In this document: positions 61,684 through 64,000 of the stretch, piece by piece
Layout of the letters: each line of letters begins with the position of its first letter
How positions within the stretch are numbered: the first letter of the stretch is position 1
Assembly: GCA_963822965.1 (NCBI GenBank)
Contig: CAWGJT010000012.1
Location: forward strand, 224,001 to 288,000
Length of the DNA stretch: 64,000 nucleotides
DNA from: an uncultured delta proteobacterium
GTDB taxonomy: Bacteria > Myxococcota_A > UBA9160 > UBA4427
Reading direction: 5' to 3'
Notes under the pieces: generated by a model
What the model saw: the letters and a program-made list of their open reading frames with translations, nothing else
The model's database searches: none
Told to the model about the DNA's origin: nothing
Program-made: the position numbers and the translations under genes

Positions 61684-62773
61684 TAGTGATAGTCCGAGTC
61701 CCCGAAAGCCGGGCGCGCCCACTTCGAGCGCTTCAGATACAGCTGGATGTCGTACTCGTCCGTGTAGCCCACGCCGCCGTGGAGCTGGACACCGTCGATG
61801 CCGATGCGCGCGAAGGCCTCGGCGGCGTACGCCTTGGCGCGGGACACGGCGACGGAAGCATCGTCGGCCCCCTCGTCGAGACACCAGGCGGCGTAGTATA
61901 CGAGCGACTTGAACGACTCCACGTCGACGTGCATCTCGGCCAGGGGGTGCTTCACGCCCTGGAATCGGCCGATCTTCGACTCGAACTGCTCTCGTTGCTT
62001 CGCGAAGTCCACGGTGATCTGCAGCGCCGCCTCGGCCGCACCCACGATCTCGGCGGCCACCCCGGCCGCTCCCAGGTCGGTGAGCCAGCGGATGGCGCCG
62101 GCGGCCGTCCCCGGGTCGCCGAGCAGGGCGTCCCGCCCCACCCGCACGTCGTCGAGCACGAGCGCGCCGCTCCGCTTGGTGAGATCCATCATCGGGAAAT
62201 CCACCACCGAGACGCCGGGCGCGCCCTTCTCCACGACCGCGAGGGACGGTGCGCCGGGGCCGGAGCAGAACGCCACGACGAAGAGGTCGGCCTGGGCGGC
62301 GTCACTCACGATGCGTTTTCCGCCCGAGAGGATCGTGTCGTCCCCGTCCCGCTTGCCCGGAAGCGACACGGCCTCGGGCTCGAAGCTGTCGCTCTCCTCG
62401 AGCAGGGCGAACGCGCCGACCGTCGAGCCGTCCGCGAGACCGGGAAGCCAACGAGCCTGCTGCTCCGCGCTTCCGCGGCTCTCGATCGCCTTGGCGGCGA
62501 GGACCGTCGACAGCAGGGGGAGGGAAATAGCGAGCGACCCGTCTCCTCGAGCAGCACGACGAGGGTGACGAAGTCGAGGCCGACCCCGCCGAACGCGTCG
62601 GGAAGCGTCAGCCCGATCCATCCGAGCTCGCCCATACGGCTCCACAGGTTGCGGTCGAAGCCTTCAGGCGATGCCGCGATCCTGCGAACCTCCTCCAGCG
62701 GGGCGTTCTGGTCGAGGAACTTGCGCACCTCGGCGCGCAGCAGCTCCTGCTCTTCCGTGAATCCGAAGTTCAT
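61656..62773 (-). pseudogene. Acyl-CoA dehydrogenase with frameshift near 62516-62520 (or sequencing error)
   Basis: MNFGFTEEQ...EETGRSLFPSP in one frame continues as LLSTVLAA...REQFESKIGRFQGVKH...HGGVGYTDE in another; break at a 5-base homopolymer. Confidence 0.88.
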
Positions 62774-62968
62774 GCCGGTCCTTCGCGCTGGACCCCTCCC
62801 GTGCAGGCCTTCTCGTCGCGCCGCGGGCGGGTCGCTGTGGCTGTGGCGCCGGGCGGGAGTCCGGACGCGAGCGCCGAAGATAGTGGAACTCGGCGACGCG
62901 ATCCCCGGGGATTCGACGGCCGGAAACGGCGAGATGGCGGGTTTTGCGGGCGCGCCGGGTCTGCTTTC

Positions 62969-63706
62969 ATGCCCGGCATGGACGGGCCTCGGCCGACGCA
63001 CGGCGGAACGGGAGGCGAGCCCGGGCTTCCCCCCTGGACCGAGCTGGACGCCGCCCTCGAACGACGGGGCTACGCGCTCCTCCCCGGCTTGCTAGGCGAG
63101 GCCGACTGCCGGGACCTGGCCGCCCTCGAGACCCGGGGAGAGGGGTTCCGCAAGACGATCGAGATGGCACGCCACGCCTACGGGGAGGGCCGCTACCGCT
63201 ACTTCGCCTACCCGCTTTCCCCGGTGGTGCAGGCGCTGCGCGAACGGCTCTACACGCACCTCCTGCCCCTGGCGCGCGCCTGGCGGGAGCGCCTGGGCAG
63301 CGACTGGGAGCTGCCCGACACGCTGAACGCGCTGCTCACCCGCTGCCACGAGTCCGGCCAGCGACGCCCCACCCCCCTGGTGCTGCGCTATGGCCCGGAC
63401 GGCCACAACCGCATGCACCAGGACGTATACGGGGCCATTGCCTTCCCGCTCCAGCTGACCTGCCTGCTGTCGTCGCCCGCCGACTTCGAGGGCGGAGAGT
63501 TCCTCGTCAGCGAGACCCGCCCCCGCATGCAGACGCGCACCGAAGCGATCCCGCTCGCCCGGGGCGAAGGCATCCTGTTCGCGAACACGATCCGCCCCGT
63601 ACCCGCCCGGCGCGGATTCGCGAGAGCCCAGATGAGGCACGGCGTCAGCCGCATCCGAGCCGGAGCCCGCCAGACCCTGGGCATCATCTTCCACGACGCC
63701 ACCTGA
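62969..63706 (+). CDS. 2OG-Fe(II) oxygenase (DUF2086/Oxygenase-NA-like)
   Basis: FRKTIEMARH, GRYRYFAYPL, RPTPL.LRY, HQD.YG...FPLQ, GGEF, RPRMQ, RHGVS, LGIIFHDA. Confidence 0.92.
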   Translation: MPGMDGPRPTHGGTGGEPGLPPWTELDAALERRGYALLPGLLGEADCRDLAALETRGEGFRKTIEMARHAYGEGRYRYFAYPLSPVVQALRERLYTHLLPLARAWRERLGSDWELPDTLNALLTRCHESGQRRPTPLVLRYGPDGHNRMHQDVYGAIAFPLQLTCLLSSPADFEGGEFLVSETRPRMQTRTEAIPLARGEGILFANTIRPVPARRGFARAQMRHGVSRIRAGARQTLGIIFHDAT

Positions 63707-63737
63707 GCCAGCCGACCCACACGAGGGGATCACAGCG

Positions 63738-64000
63738 CTGACAAGCAACGAGGGGAGTACAGCGCTCCCGAGCCGCCTCGATCTCCATTGGGCCGCAACC
63801 CAACCGCCTGACAATCGAGGAGGGGAGTACAGCGCTCCCGAGCCGCCTCGATCTCCATTGGGCCGCAACCCAACCGCCTGACAAGCGGGGAGGGGAGTAC
63901 AGCGCTCCCGAGCCGCCTCGATCTCCATTGGGCCGCAACCCAACCGCCTGACAAGCGGGGAGGGGAGTACAGCGCTCCCGAGCCGCCTCGATCTCCATTG
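63738..64000. repeat. 70-bp tandem repeat array, at least 3.6 units, truncated by the window edge
   Basis: AGGGGAGTAC recurs at 63751, 63821, 63891 and 63961. Confidence 0.97.

Noticed and set aside
63738..64000. CRISPR array
   Set aside because: About 64-bp constant part with only a 5-6 bp variable slot, two of them identical; no cas genes in the window.

Overview
Very GC-rich bacterial chromosomal DNA; gene content suggests a Myxococcota/deltaproteobacterium-like lipid and steroid scavenger (inference). It holds about 55 densely packed genes. Housekeeping and lipid genes include plsB, psd, fabF, sucA, panE, pabB and bolA. Catabolic genes include two paired acyl-CoA dehydrogenase loci, two CoA transferases, a Rieske oxygenase and an epoxide hydrolase. 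There are also signalling proteins and the end of an exosortase/EpsI/glycosyltransferase locus. I saw no rRNA, tRNA, transposase, CRISPR array or cas gene. Notable features: (i) intergenic hairpin repeats, including a dispersed 73-bp element with a compensatory base-pair change, a CTAG-ended inverted-repeat element and a 70-bp triple-hairpin tandem array running off the right edge; (ii) apparent pseudoenzymes (exosortase without its catalytic Cys, NucS-like domain without ExK, PAS-kinase without an H-box); (iii) a cupredoxin-like/porin/c-di-GMP module with sigma28-like promoters on both convergent halves; (iv) an atypical kinase/receiver/membrane-protein trio; (v) several apparently leaderless genes and a probable ATT start for fabF; (vi) a homopolymer frameshift in one acyl-CoA dehydrogenase. 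All family calls come from motif recognition by eye; no database search was run.
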